Assembly: GCA_017609985.1 (NCBI GenBank)
Contig: JAFCCW010000011.1
Location: forward strand, 1 to 27,852
DNA length: 27,852 nucleotides
Direction of reading: 5' to 3'
DNA from: Candidatus Iainarchaeum sp.
Lineage (GTDB): Archaea > Iainarchaeota > Iainarchaeia > Iainarchaeales > JAFCCW01
Part shown: piece by piece, positions 1 to 9,593 of the stretch
Position numbering within the stretch: the stretch's first letter is position 1
Layout of the letters: every line of letters starts with the position of its first letter
Program-made: the position numbers and the translations under genes
The notes under the pieces: generated by a model
The model's input: only the letters and a program-made list of their open reading frames with translations
The model's database searches: none
Told to the model about the DNA's origin: nothing

Positions 1-591
1 ATAAGAACCTGAAAGGCTTAGAACAGCCATGACCTCGCTTGAAGCAGTTATTTGAAAAGCTTCTTTTCTTGGTCGCTCCATTGCAGCACAACACAGAGCA
101 ATCTCTATTTCTCGTAATGCTCTGTCATCCATGTCAATGCATCTGTGAAGTGTAATGTTTTTCTCGTCTATCCGAAGCTTGTTTCCGTGCTGGATGTGGT
201 TGTCCACGAGAGCAGCAAGCAGATTGTTTGCCTCGCCTACTGCAGGAATATCTCCCGTAAACTGAAGATTTATTTCCGCGCTCGGCTCCAGTCTTGACTT
301 TCCGCCTCCTGTTCCCCCGCCCTTTATGCCAAAGACTGGTCCGAGGGATGGCTCGCGAATGCAGACAATGCTTTTTCTTCCAAGCTTCCAGAGAGCCTGT
401 GCTAATCCAATGCTTGTTGTTGTCTTTCCCTCTCCAAATTTAGTGGGAGTCATTGCAGTTACAAGAACAAGTTTTCCTTTTTGCTTCCCATTCACTTTTT
501 GGAAGTCAATCTTTGCTTTGTTTTCGCCAAAGCATTCAAGCAGGTTTTTTTTCAATCCAATTTTTTTTGCAATGCCTGCAATTTCTTTCAT
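1..591 (-). CDS. fhs: Formate--tetrahydrofolate ligase (5' part; runs off the window edge)
   Basis: Not in the ORF track. Manual translation from ATG at 591 gives MKEIAGIAKKIGL...GKLVLVTAMTPTKFGEGKTTTSIGLAQAL...IREPSLGPVFGIKGGGTGGG...INLQFTGD...NNLLAALVDNHI, the FTHFS signature motifs. Confidence 0.96.
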   Translation of the reverse strand, partial: MKEIAGIAKKIGLKKNLLECFGENKAKIDFQKVNGKQKGKLVLVTAMTPTKFGEGKTTTSIGLAQALWKLGRKSIVCIREPSLGPVFGIKGGGTGGGKSRLEPSAEINLQFTGDIPAVGEANNLLAALVDNHIQHGNKLRIDEKNITLHRCIDMDDRALREIEIALCCAAMERPRKEAFQITASSEVMAVLSLSGSY

Positions 592-649
592 TCAAACCGC
601 AACTATTTAATCCAAACTTATTAATATATCCTGCTGCTTTTTTTATTGC
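592..649. promoter_or_regulatory. Divergent archaeal-type promoter region (fhs / orphan at 650)
   Basis: AT-rich TTATTAATAT at 618-627, about 24 nt before ATG 650. The same tract reads as a TATA-like element on the minus strand for fhs. Confidence 0.5.
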
Positions 650-1405
650 ATGGCGTCAAGGAGAAAAAGAGTTAGAAATCTTATTGAGCATTCTCGCAAT
701 CTTCTCAGACCAAAGCATATTACTCCAAAAACAAGAGAGATGCGGGCTAAACTTAAAGCTCTTGGTCGTGAAATAACCAGTGAGCTCAGAAAACGCTCTG
801 GTTCAAGATTTGCAAGAGTTCATGTTATGGCAATCGGAAGCATTGCAAAGGGATATGCTGGCAAGTGAAGTGATTATGATATTGCAATTTGTGCCAGCGG
901 AATCAATTATGTGTCTGCAAAAGTTGCTGACCCACATGACTTCTTTTTAAAGTTGGCAAAAGAGATTGTTCAAAAGAGAATTCCTGAAATTGATTTCAAG
1001 GGAATATCTTTTGCAGATGTTGATGGGCTTGTGAAAAATATAATAACTGAGAACCAGCCGTCTGCTATTGAGACTGCTCTTGTTTTTCTTCCGTGCTTTT
1101 CAGGAATTCCTACGGCTGACAGGAAAAGGGTTTTGAACGCTATTGCAAGCACAAAAGAATCAGACACGTTTTGGAACCTGGTTTCAGTTGAGTTTTCAAG
1201 GCTTCTTGAGCAAACTGATGAAAGCAAAGAGCACACAGACAGAGTTAAGCAAAGAATTAGGGCTGCTGGTGGAAATCCAGACGAAGAGATTAAAAAATTC
1301 AACAAGACAAGGCTTGGTTCTTTTGCAGATGTTTGCAGGTTATATAATGTTAGTCCAGGCGGCCCATGTTTGGATTGTGGCAACCGAAACCAATTTATTA
1401 ATTAG
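650..1405 (+). pseudogene. Nucleotidyltransferase (Pol-beta/MNT-like) domain gene with basic N-terminus, interrupted by one in-frame TGA (866-868)
   Basis: ORFs 650-868 and 911-1405 share a frame. Reading through gives IGSIAKGYAGK*SDYDIAIC, the GS...DxD nucleotidyltransferase motif split by the stop. Confidence 0.75.
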
Positions 1406-1420
1406 CTGCTTTTCTTCTAT

Positions 1421-2032
1421 ATGAAGAAGATTAAAATCGTTGCAATGGGAAGCACTAAGGGAACTGATTTGCAGGCTGTGATTGACGCAATTGAGTCAGG
1501 TGACCTTAAAGCAGAAATAGTTGGCGTGTTTTCAAACAAGAAAGACTCTTACATTCTTGAGCGTGCCCGCAAACACAACCTGCCCGCAGAATTCCTTGAC
1601 CCCTCTGGAATTGAAAAAGAAGATTATGATGCGGGACTAATTGAAAAAATTGACAAAGCAGGAGCAGACTATATTCTTCTTATTGGCTACAACAAGATTC
1701 TTACAAAAAAGTTTGTTGATCATTTCTGGGGCAAGGCAATGAACATTCACCCTTCTCTTCTTCCTTCATTTAAGGGTTGGGATAGAAATGTTCACGAGGA
1801 AGTTATTGAATCAGGTTGCAGTGTCTCTGGTTGCACTCTGCATCTTCTCACAACCGAGATGGATTCTGGCCCAATAGTAGGACAGAAATGCGTGTGTGTT
1901 AGCCAGCGGGAAACCGCAGAGAGTCTTAAGGAAAAAGTTCAGCTAGCAGAACAAGAGCTGATTGTTGAAATATTGAAGATTCTTGAAGAAAAAAAATTAA
2001 TTGTTGATGGGAACAGGGTGTTGTTTGAATGA
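1421..2032 (+). CDS. purN: Phosphoribosylglycinamide formyltransferase
   Basis: GSTKGTDLQAVI N-terminal loop, NIHPSLLPSFKG, SGCTLH, MDSGPI. ATGA overlap with purH. Confidence 0.96.
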   Translation: MKKIKIVAMGSTKGTDLQAVIDAIESGDLKAEIVGVFSNKKDSYILERARKHNLPAEFLDPSGIEKEDYDAGLIEKIDKAGADYILLIGYNKILTKKFVDHFWGKAMNIHPSLLPSFKGWDRNVHEEVIESGCSVSGCTLHLLTTEMDSGPIVGQKCVCVSQRETAESLKEKVQLAEQELIVEILKILEEKKLIVDGNRVLFE

Positions 2033-3579
2033 CTAAGAAGCGTGCATTAATTTCAGTGTCTGACAAAAATGGTTTAGAAGAGTTTGCAAAAGCATTGCTA
2101 AAGCATGATTATGAAATTATTTCAACCGGCGGCACTGCCCGCTTTCTCAAGGAAAAAAATATGCCAGTTACTCTGGTTGAAGAGGTTACTGAGTTTCAGG
2201 AAATGCTTGACGGTCGAGTAAAGACTCTTCATCCAAAGGTTCACGCGGGAATTCTTGCATTGCGGGACTCAAAAGACCACATGAAACAGCTTGAAGGAGC
2301 AGACATTTTTCTGATTGACTTGGTTGTTGTAAATCTTTATCCGTTCAGGGAGACTGTTGACAAGAATTCAGAGAATCTTGACGAAATTATTGAAAACATT
2401 GACATTGGAGGCCCCACCCTAATTCGCTCTGCTGCAAAAAACTATCGTGATGTTGCAGTTGTTGTCAGCCCAAAGCAATATCCTAAAATGGCTGAAGAGC
2501 TTGATGGGAACAAGGGAGTTATTCCCCTAACACAGAGAAGAAAACTTGCAGCAACAGCTTTCAGGCACACTGCTGGATACGATGTTGCAATTGAAATTTT
2601 TCTTAACCGCAAATTCAATCAGAAGCAAAAGTTTCCCAAGAAACTTAATCTGTCATTTGATCTTAACCAAAAGCTTCGCTATGGGGAAAATTGGCATCAA
2701 GAAGCTGCTTTTTATTCTGACTTGTTTCCGCACGAGCCCTGCATTGCTACTGCTGAGCAGATTCAGGGAAAGGAAATGTCTTACAATAACATCAACGATA
2801 CTGATTCAGCAATAGAACTTTCAAAAGATTTTGAAGAACCCTGCGCTGTCATTGTCAAGCACGCGAACCCTTGCGGAACAGCTGTTGCAAAGGACCTGCA
2901 CACTGCTTTTGAAAAAGCTCTTGCATCTGATCCGGTTTCTGCTTTCGGCGGAATTATTTCGCTAAACGGCGAGTGCGATGCAAAAACTGCTGAAAGAATT
3001 ACTTCTTTTTTCAATGAAATTGTTGCTGCTCCCTCTTATTCAAAAGAGGCTCTTGAAATCTTTTCAAAGAAAAAGAATCTGCGCGTTCTCTTGTTAAAAT
3101 CTGTAAAGAACAGCGAGCGCGGAAAAATGGATTTCAAAAAAGTTACTGGTGGCTTGCTTTTGCAGGATAGAGACATGCACGAGCTCTCAAAAAAGGATTT
3201 GAAGTTTGTTACAAAAGAAAAGCCGTCTGCAAAACAGCTTGAAGACATGCTGTTTGGCTGGAAGATTATAAAGCACGTTAAGAGCAATGCAATCCTGCTT
3301 GTGAAAGACAAGGCAACTATTGGCGTTGGTGCAGGGCAGATGTCCCGCATTGACTCCACTGAAATCGCTGTCAAGAAAGCTGGCGAGCGCGCCAAGGAAA
3401 GTGTTCTCATTAGCGATGCATTCTTTCCTTTTCGCGACAATGTTGACCTTGCTGCAAAGTCAGGAATCACTGCAATTATTCAGCCCGGCGGAAGCGTTAA
3501 TGATGGCGAGGTCATTAGGGCAGCAGACGAGCACGGAATTACAATGGTTTTCACTGGCGTGAGGCACTTTAAGCATTGA
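2029..3579 (+). CDS. purH: Bifunctional AICAR transformylase / IMP cyclohydrolase
   Basis: RALISVSDK, STGGTA, GRVKTLHP, ENIDIGGP, LRYGEN, VKHANPCG, SDAFFPF, QPGGS, TGVRHFKH. Confidence 0.98.
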   Translation: MTKKRALISVSDKNGLEEFAKALLKHDYEIISTGGTARFLKEKNMPVTLVEEVTEFQEMLDGRVKTLHPKVHAGILALRDSKDHMKQLEGADIFLIDLVVVNLYPFRETVDKNSENLDEIIENIDIGGPTLIRSAAKNYRDVAVVVSPKQYPKMAEELDGNKGVIPLTQRRKLAATAFRHTAGYDVAIEIFLNRKFNQKQKFPKKLNLSFDLNQKLRYGENWHQEAAFYSDLFPHEPCIATAEQIQGKEMSYNNINDTDSAIELSKDFEEPCAVIVKHANPCGTAVAKDLHTAFEKALASDPVSAFGGIISLNGECDAKTAERITSFFNEIVAAPSYSKEALEIFSKKKNLRVLLLKSVKNSERGKMDFKKVTGGLLLQDRDMHELSKKDLKFVTKEKPSAKQLEDMLFGWKIIKHVKSNAILLVKDKATIGVGAGQMSRIDSTEIAVKKAGERAKESVLISDAFFPFRDNVDLAAKSGITAIIQPGGSVNDGEVIRAADEHGITMVFTGVRHFKH

Positions 3580-3584
3580 TTTTT

Positions 3585-4307
3585 ATGGTGAAGGAAAGAA
3601 GAACCTGCAATCTGGAGAAAAGAGGGTTTGCAAAAACCACTGGTGGAAGAACATCTCTTACTCAAAAAGGGCATGAATTTCTTAGAACGCTTCGTTTTGG
3701 CCGGTCAAAAAGAGTAGCGAAACGTTTTGGTTTGAATATTGACGCGGCTGAAGAATATGGGAGCTTATTTAGTGATTTTGCTCCACGCGACCTGCATTAT
3801 CGTGAAGGAATTGATTTTTAGTATCATCCTTCAAGCTATGGTTTTTTGCTTTCTTTTGTAGAGCATGCTTTTCCCTGAGAAAAACTCAAGGGCAAGAAAA
3901 TTCTTGACATAGGTTATGGGCATCCAGCACATCTTGAATATTTGGCAAGTAAAGGTGCAGAAGCCCATGGTATTGATCAGCATTTTGAATATCCTGATAG
4001 CAGTATTTCTGGGAACCTAATCAAGGATCATTTTCAAAATATCTCAAAACATTTTAAGCCAGGTTCTCTGGATATAATTATTTCAAAAGAAACTTTTGAG
4101 GAAAGAGGGGTAAGAAAAGTTGATGGATTAAAAACAGCAAGAGATATAAGGTCTCTTTTGAAGCCAGGTGGTTTCTTTGTAATGCAGGTCGCTGAAGCTC
4201 CAACTATGGCAGAAGAGCATTTAAAAAAAGCTGGATTCAAAGTAGATTATTATTCAATTCCTGCCGGCAGACAAGGTTTTTTCAATTTAATTGTTGCTCA
4301 AAGATAA
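3585..4307 (+). pseudogene. Class I SAM-dependent methyltransferase-like gene with basic N-terminus, interrupted by in-frame TAG (3819-3821) and TGA (3876-3878)
   Basis: ORFs 3576-3821 and 3942-4307 are in frame. The gap reads *YHPSSYGFLLSFVEHAFP*EKLKGKKILDIGYGHPAHLEYLASKGAEAHGID (motif I ILDIGxG), followed by GSLDIIIS and LLKPGG. Confidence 0.72.
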
Positions 4308-4865
4308 TTATTTGATAATTCTTTCCTCAGTAACTATCTTTCCAATTTTTTCATCGTTCCCGTCAACAGGGACTTTTTCTACTATCTGGCATTCAAACGC
4401 AAGAGCAACCGAAGAGCACTTCAATTGCTTCAAGAGCCAGTCATAGCATCCTGCTCCTCTGCCGAGCCTGTTCTTCTCTTCATCAAAGGCAAGTCCGGGA
4501 ACAATAACTAAATCAATTTCTTTCGGTTCTATTTCTTTGATTTCTTTCGGTTCCATTATTCCTGATTCTTTTTCTTCAAGCTCTTCAAATGATTTTATTT
4601 CTGCAAGTTCCAGCTCATAGTCTTTAAGGTCTGTCACAGGCACTGCAACCCTCTTTCCTCTTGCGAGAGCAATCTTTATTGCTTCGTGAGTTTCAACTTC
4701 TTGTCTGAAGGAAACATAGAACAGGATTGTTTCAGCTTCTTTAAACTCTGGCTGAGAAAAAAGTTCTTCAACTATTGTTTTGCTTTTCTTGGATAGCAAG
4801 CTTTTTGAAGTCTTTGAAAGTTCTTCAATTGTTTTCTTTCTCAAGCTGATTTTATCTAAACCCAT
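4308..4865 (-). CDS. 5-formyltetrahydrofolate cyclo-ligase
   Basis: K..LRK N-terminus, YVSFRQEVET, IDLVIVPGLAFD...RLGRGAGCYD, IVTEE. Confidence 0.95.
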   Translation of the reverse strand: MGLDKISLRKKTIEELSKTSKSLLSKKSKTIVEELFSQPEFKEAETILFYVSFRQEVETHEAIKIALARGKRVAVPVTDLKDYELELAEIKSFEELEEKESGIMEPKEIKEIEPKEIDLVIVPGLAFDEEKNRLGRGAGCYDWLLKQLKCSSVALAFECQIVEKVPVDGNDEKIGKIVTEERIIK

Positions 4866-5646
4866 GCACTTTTCCCCATCTTGTCATTCTCTTTTTAAGT
4901 TTTTCAAACTCGCTTTTTTCAAGAACTTGTTTCTGTTCTTCAAGGAATTCAGTTATTGGAATCATTCTCTCTATTTCAAGTGCTTCAGCCATTGCAACAT
5001 GCATTAAAAGATTGGTTGGTTTCTCTGCTTTTTCTCTGACATATTTCCTTAGTTTTTCCCAGTCAATATCTGAGAATTCAAAATAAATTGGCAGTCCAAC
5101 ACCCCTCTTTTTTTCTGTTTTAGTAAGAGGTCTTTCTTCAGGATGCTCTTTCTGCCATCTTTCTTCATCAATTGGTCTTGTTCCAACATTAAGTGGGTTG
5201 CTATTTGGAGTTATTCCTGCCTTCAAAATTTCAGGATAATTAAATCTATTTAACTGGTCTGGACCCATTGAACGCTCTCTTTTTCTGTAAGTTTTATGGC
5301 CTCTGGCTGAAGGCAAATATTCATTTTGATAAGCATCCTGAACCATTGTCTGAAAAGCTGGGTGAGTTTCAGCATATCTGGAGTAAAGTTCTTTTTTTTG
5401 TCCTTCTCTTGCTCCTGTTGCTTTGACAAAATAGCCTGGGAAAAGTATGTTCAGAGTTCTTAGGAGGTGATACATTGCTTTTTGGTTTTTAACTGGATTA
5501 TCTTTATGGCTTCTCCAGTGAACTCTTGCTACTTCTCCTGAGAAACCAAATTTTCTTCCTGGCGGGGCTCTGTAAACATCTGCTTCCTCTGCTCTGACCC
5601 ATGGTTTTTTTCCATGTCTTCTTTTAAGTGCAGGATTTTTATGCAT
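4852..5646 (-). CDS. Hypothetical protein with basic N-terminus, possibly a degenerate kinase-like fold
   Basis: 264-aa ORF filling the gap between purM and the cyclo-ligase. It starts MHKNPALKRRHGKKP. GFSGEV, GITPNSNPLNVG and PIYFE loosely echo kinase motifs (weak). Confidence 0.7.
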   Translation of the reverse strand: MHKNPALKRRHGKKPWVRAEEADVYRAPPGRKFGFSGEVARVHWRSHKDNPVKNQKAMYHLLRTLNILFPGYFVKATGAREGQKKELYSRYAETHPAFQTMVQDAYQNEYLPSARGHKTYRKRERSMGPDQLNRFNYPEILKAGITPNSNPLNVGTRPIDEERWQKEHPEERPLTKTEKKRGVGLPIYFEFSDIDWEKLRKYVREKAEKPTNLLMHVAMAEALEIERMIPITEFLEEQKQVLEKSEFEKLKKRMTRWGKVHGFR

Positions 5647-5677
5647 GTAAAAATAAGTGTTGCTGACTTAAAAAAGA

Positions 5678-6718
5678 TTACTTTATGTCCACACCGCAGC
5701 CTTTTGCAATTGAACCAATCTCGGTAAACTTTTGCTTGTTCTTTTCAAGGATTTGCACTGCTTTTGCTCTTTCGTTGACTGGAATCACTATAACCAGTCC
5801 AATTCCCATATTAAAGGTTCTCCACATATCCTGCTCGTCCACGTTTCCCTTTTCCTGAATGAATTTGAAGACAGGCAGAACATCAATCTCGTTCTTGTTG
5901 ATTACTGCGCAGGTTCCCTTTGGAAGAATTCTCGGGATATTCTCTACAAGCCCTCCGCCAGTGATGTGTGCCATTCCCCTTATTTCAATCTCTTTATCAA
6001 GCAGTTTCTTCACGATGTTCACATAACTCTTGTGTGGTTTTAATAGTTCTTCTCCAACAGAACAAGCAAGTTCTTCTACATAATCTTCTGTGTTTAGTCC
6101 GGCAACCTCAAAGAAAACCTTCCTTGCAAGAGAGTATCCATTAGTGTGAAGACCATCCGATGCGAGCCCGAGAATAACATCCCCTTCTTTTATTTTTGAA
6201 CCATCTATCACATCTTCTGCATCTACCAACCCATATATTGCGCCTGCTAAATCTGTTTCTCCTTTTTCATATACTCCAGGCATTTCTGCTGTCTCGCCGG
6301 CTATCAATGCAATTCCTGCTTCCCTGCAGGCTTCTGAAATTCCTTTCACAATCTGTTCAATCTGCTCCGGCTCTATCTTGTCACTTGCAATATAGTCCAT
6401 GAACGCAACAGGGAAAGCGCCCTGCACAAGTATGTCGTTTGATGAATGATTTACAATATCTTTTCCAACAGAATCCCACTTGTTTGCCATTGAGGCAACC
6501 TTCATTTTTGTTCCCACTCCGTCAATACTGCATACTAAAGCAGGCTTTTTCATTTTTTTTGCTTTTTCAAGAGAAATCATCCCTCCAAATTTTCCAACAT
6601 CCAATAGAACATCCTTGGTGAACGTACTCTTTACATGTTTCTTGATTCTCTTCACTGACTCGTTTCCTGCATCAATGCTTACTCCAGCATCTTTGTAAGT
6701 GAGTTTTTTCTTAGTCAT
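5678..6718 (-). CDS. purM: Phosphoribosylformylglycinamidine cyclo-ligase (AIR synthetase)
   Basis: TYKDAGVSIDAGN, DGVGTK, GETAEMPG, SDGLHTNGYSLARK, HITGGG, TFNMGIG. Start is ATG 6718 or GTG 6721, overlapping the purD stop. Confidence 0.97.
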   Translation of the reverse strand: MTKKKLTYKDAGVSIDAGNESVKRIKKHVKSTFTKDVLLDVGKFGGMISLEKAKKMKKPALVCSIDGVGTKMKVASMANKWDSVGKDIVNHSSNDILVQGAFPVAFMDYIASDKIEPEQIEQIVKGISEACREAGIALIAGETAEMPGVYEKGETDLAGAIYGLVDAEDVIDGSKIKEGDVILGLASDGLHTNGYSLARKVFFEVAGLNTEDYVEELACSVGEELLKPHKSYVNIVKKLLDKEIEIRGMAHITGGGLVENIPRILPKGTCAVINKNEIDVLPVFKFIQEKGNVDEQDMWRTFNMGIGLVIVIPVNERAKAVQILEKNKQKFTEIGSIAKGCGVDIK

Positions 6719-8004
6719 CACAATCCCCCTGTTGGGACTTCGCCCCTGTCCAAAGCTTTTTTTCCAATATCTTTTCTGTAATGCATTTTTTCAAACTTAA
6801 CTTTTTCAACTAAATCATAAGCTTTTTCAATGCTTTCTTTAATGCTTTCTCCAAGCCCCACGCAGCCAAGAACGCGTCCGCCATTTGTGAAAATTTTTCC
6901 GTTCTCCAGTTTTGTTCCTGCGTGAATAACTAGCTGTCCTTCTCCTTTTTCTCCTATTGAAATTTCTTTTCCTTTTTCATAGCTTTCCGGATACCCCCCG
7001 CTTGCAAGAACAACACAAGTGCAGGCCTTATTGCTCCACTTAATTTTCTGGTTTTTTAGAGAACCGTTCATGCAAGCCTCCAGTATTTCAATAAGGTCTG
7101 ACTCCAGTCTTGGAATAACTGCTTGTGCTTCCGGGTCACCAAATCTTGCATTGAATTCTATAACTCTTGCTTTTCCGTTCTTAATAATTAAGCCTCCGTA
7201 AAGAAATCCCCTGAATTCTTTTTCCTCTTCCTTCATTGCTCTGATGGTAGGAATCATTATTTCTTCCTTTATCTGCTTTTCAAGTTCTTTTGTTACAACC
7301 GGTGCTGGAGAATAAGCTCCCATTCCCCCTGTGTTTGGTCCCTTGCCTTCATCAAAAACTGGCTTGTGGTCCTGACTTGAAACCATTGGCAGAATACTTT
7401 CTCCGTCTGTAAATACAAGATAGCTTGCTTCCTCTCCCTCAAGCTTTTCTTCCAGAACAATTTTTGCTCCTGCTTCTCCAAACTTATTATCTTCCATAAT
7501 CTCTTCAATTGCCTTGACTGCTTCTTCCTCTGTTTCAGCTACTGTAACTCCCTTGCCAGCTGCTAAACCATCTGCCTTGACAACAATTGGAGCTCCTTTT
7601 TCCTTAACATATTCCTTTGCTTTCTCTGCATCAGTAAAGACAGCATACTCTGCACTTGGAATTTTATATTTTTTGAGAAGGTCTCTTGTGAATGATTTGC
7701 TTCCCTCTATTTCTGCTGCTGCCTTGCTTGGTCCAAAACATCTTAATCCTTTCTTTGAAAATTCGTCAACTATTCCTGCCACAAGCGGTGCTTCTGGTCC
7801 GACAATAGTTAATTCAATTTTTTCTTTTCCTGCAAAATCAGCCAACGCATTTATGTCTTCTGCGTCAATATCAATGTTTTCTCCAACTTCCGCTGTTCCT
7901 GCATTTCCCGGTGCAATAAAAATCTTGTCAACTTTCTTACTCTGTTTTATTTTCCAGGCAAGCACGTGTTCTCTGCCACCTGAACCAATAATCAAAACTT
8001 TCAT
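6718..8004 (-). CDS. purD: Phosphoribosylamine--glycine ligase
   Basis: MKVLIIGSGGREH start at 8004 (ATGA overlap with purF stop), KADGLAAGKGV, QDHK, GPNTGGMGAYSP, EFNARFGDPE. Confidence 0.97.
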   Translation of the reverse strand: MKVLIIGSGGREHVLAWKIKQSKKVDKIFIAPGNAGTAEVGENIDIDAEDINALADFAGKEKIELTIVGPEAPLVAGIVDEFSKKGLRCFGPSKAAAEIEGSKSFTRDLLKKYKIPSAEYAVFTDAEKAKEYVKEKGAPIVVKADGLAAGKGVTVAETEEEAVKAIEEIMEDNKFGEAGAKIVLEEKLEGEEASYLVFTDGESILPMVSSQDHKPVFDEGKGPNTGGMGAYSPAPVVTKELEKQIKEEIMIPTIRAMKEEEKEFRGFLYGGLIIKNGKARVIEFNARFGDPEAQAVIPRLESDLIEILEACMNGSLKNQKIKWSNKACTCVVLASGGYPESYEKGKEISIGEKGEGQLVIHAGTKLENGKIFTNGGRVLGCVGLGESIKESIEKAYDLVEKVKFEKMHYRKDIGKKALDRGEVPTGGL

Positions 8005-9593
8005 TTCTTTCCCCTGCATGAATTTCCTGCGGTTCCGCATGCTTGGTATGTTCTCCCGCTGGGTGTCTTGCCCATGTTTTCTTTGGAATGTTCTGCAAGA
8101 AGTTTTCCGCAAGGAGTGGGATATTCTCCGTTAATGCAAGCCATGCACATTTCATTTTTTGGCAAACCAATTGCTTTCACAAGACCCTTGAGTGACTGAT
8201 ATCTGAGGGAATCAACTCCTATTTCTTTTGCAATTTTTTCAATAACTTTTTTATCAATGTCTTCAAGCCCTCTTTCCCCGAGCTCGTTTTTGTTAACATA
8301 TTTTGGAGCAATAAGCTCGTCCATTGTGCTCATATCAATTCCATAAAAGCAAGGGCTTACAATTGGAGGACAGCTTACACGCATGTGAACCTCTTTTGCT
8401 CCTCCTGCTTTTCTCACATAGTCTATAAGAACCTTGGAGGTTGTTCCACGCACAATACTGTCTTCAACAAGAATTACTTTTTTGCCTTTGAGAATTGCAC
8501 GGTTTACTGAATATTTGTCTTTTACTTTTTGAGATCTTTCGCCGTCTTCAATAAATGTTCTTCCAACATATCTGTTTCTCATTAAACCTTCCATTGACCT
8601 GACGCCAATTTCGTGAGCATAACCATCTGCAGCAGGCTTTGAAGTGTCTGGCACTGCAACAACAATATATTCTCCGTTTTTTATGTTCAGGTCTTCTTCT
8701 TTTCCAAGTTGTTTTCCAAGATTCCATCTTGCCTCGTAAACATTCACTCCATCAAATGTTGAAGCAGGGTTTGCAAAGTAAACATATTCAAACATGCAGA
8801 TTGCTTTCTGCTTTGCCTTGGCAAATCTTTTCTTTTCAACACTGTTTCCGTTAACAATAAGCATTTCCCCTGGCTGAACATCGTGTCTTTTTCCTTCAAG
8901 CGCATTCAGTCCCACACTCTCGCTTGCTGCTGCAATCATTTCATCATTTTCAAGATAAACAAGTGGTTTGAATCCCACAGGGTCTCTCATTATTGCAAGC
9001 TCGTCCATTGCATTCATGTAAACAAGGCTGTAGGCACCGTCAAAATTTTCAGTAGCATTTGAAAAAATTTCTCCGATGTCTTTTGGCTTTGGACCGTTTA
9101 GCTCTTTGGAGAGAGAATGCATTATGACTTCAGTGTCAAGGTCTCTTACAAGATGGTATCCATTTCCTTCAATGTCTTTTTTTAAGTCAACAAAGTTTGC
9201 AAGATTTCCATTGAATGCAAGAGAAAACCATTTCCATTTTCTTCCATGATATCTTTCAAAAGGCTGTGCTGCGCCAGTATCATTGCTTCCGGAAGTAGCA
9301 TATCTGATGTGTCCTATTCCTTTTTTTCCAGAGAATTTTTCAAGAATTCCTTTGTATTTTGGTTCTATTCTAAACCAGAAAGCCTCGTTAACAGAACCAA
9401 GCTTTTTGTAAGTGTCAATCATTTCTTGTCTGTTGGGATCAAAGGTGGAGATTCCTGCTGAGAGCTGTCCCCTGTGCTGCTGGTGCAATAGCATCTTGAC
9501 AAGATAGTGTGCTGCCTTGCCTTCGGGATAATTTTTCAGGGGTTTCTTAAGAGAAACAGCTGCGACTCCGCATTCTTCATGGATTTCGTCCAT
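8001..9593 (-). CDS. purF: Amidophosphoribosyltransferase (propeptide, Fe-S type)
   Basis: MDEIHEE-CG propeptide and catalytic Cys, QHRGQ, GHIRYATSG, PRPP motif VEDSIVRGTT, Cys ligands CMFEYVYF, PCFYGID and CMAC. Confidence 0.97.
   Translation of the reverse strand: MDEIHEECGVAAVSLKKPLKNYPEGKAAHYLVKMLLHQQHRGQLSAGISTFDPNRQEMIDTYKKLGSVNEAFWFRIEPKYKGILEKFSGKKGIGHIRYATSGSNDTGAAQPFERYHGRKWKWFSLAFNGNLANFVDLKKDIEGNGYHLVRDLDTEVIMHSLSKELNGPKPKDIGEIFSNATENFDGAYSLVYMNAMDELAIMRDPVGFKPLVYLENDEMIAAASESVGLNALEGKRHDVQPGEMLIVNGNSVEKKRFAKAKQKAICMFEYVYFANPASTFDGVNVYEARWNLGKQLGKEEDLNIKNGEYIVVAVPDTSKPAADGYAHEIGVRSMEGLMRNRYVGRTFIEDGERSQKVKDKYSVNRAILKGKKVILVEDSIVRGTTSKVLIDYVRKAGGAKEVHMRVSCPPIVSPCFYGIDMSTMDELIAPKYVNKNELGERGLEDIDKKVIEKIAKEIGVDSLRYQSLKGLVKAIGLPKNEMCMACINGEYPTPCGKLLAEHSKENMGKTPSGRTYQACGTAGNSCRGKK

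Noticed and set aside
326-776. Plus-strand ORFs 326-610 and 453-776
   Set aside because: They are shadow ORFs antisense to fhs, which has unmistakable motifs.
866-3878. Genome-wide stop-codon reassignment (TGA or TAG) explaining the in-frame stops
   Set aside because: TGA ends purN, purH, purD, purF, purL and purQ, and TAG ends purA and guaB, at their expected C-termini. No core gene has an internal stop.
8005-8112. 36-aa N-terminal extension of PurD
   Set aside because: It lies inside purF. The canonical MKVLIIGSGGREH start at 8004 gives a standard ATGA overlap.
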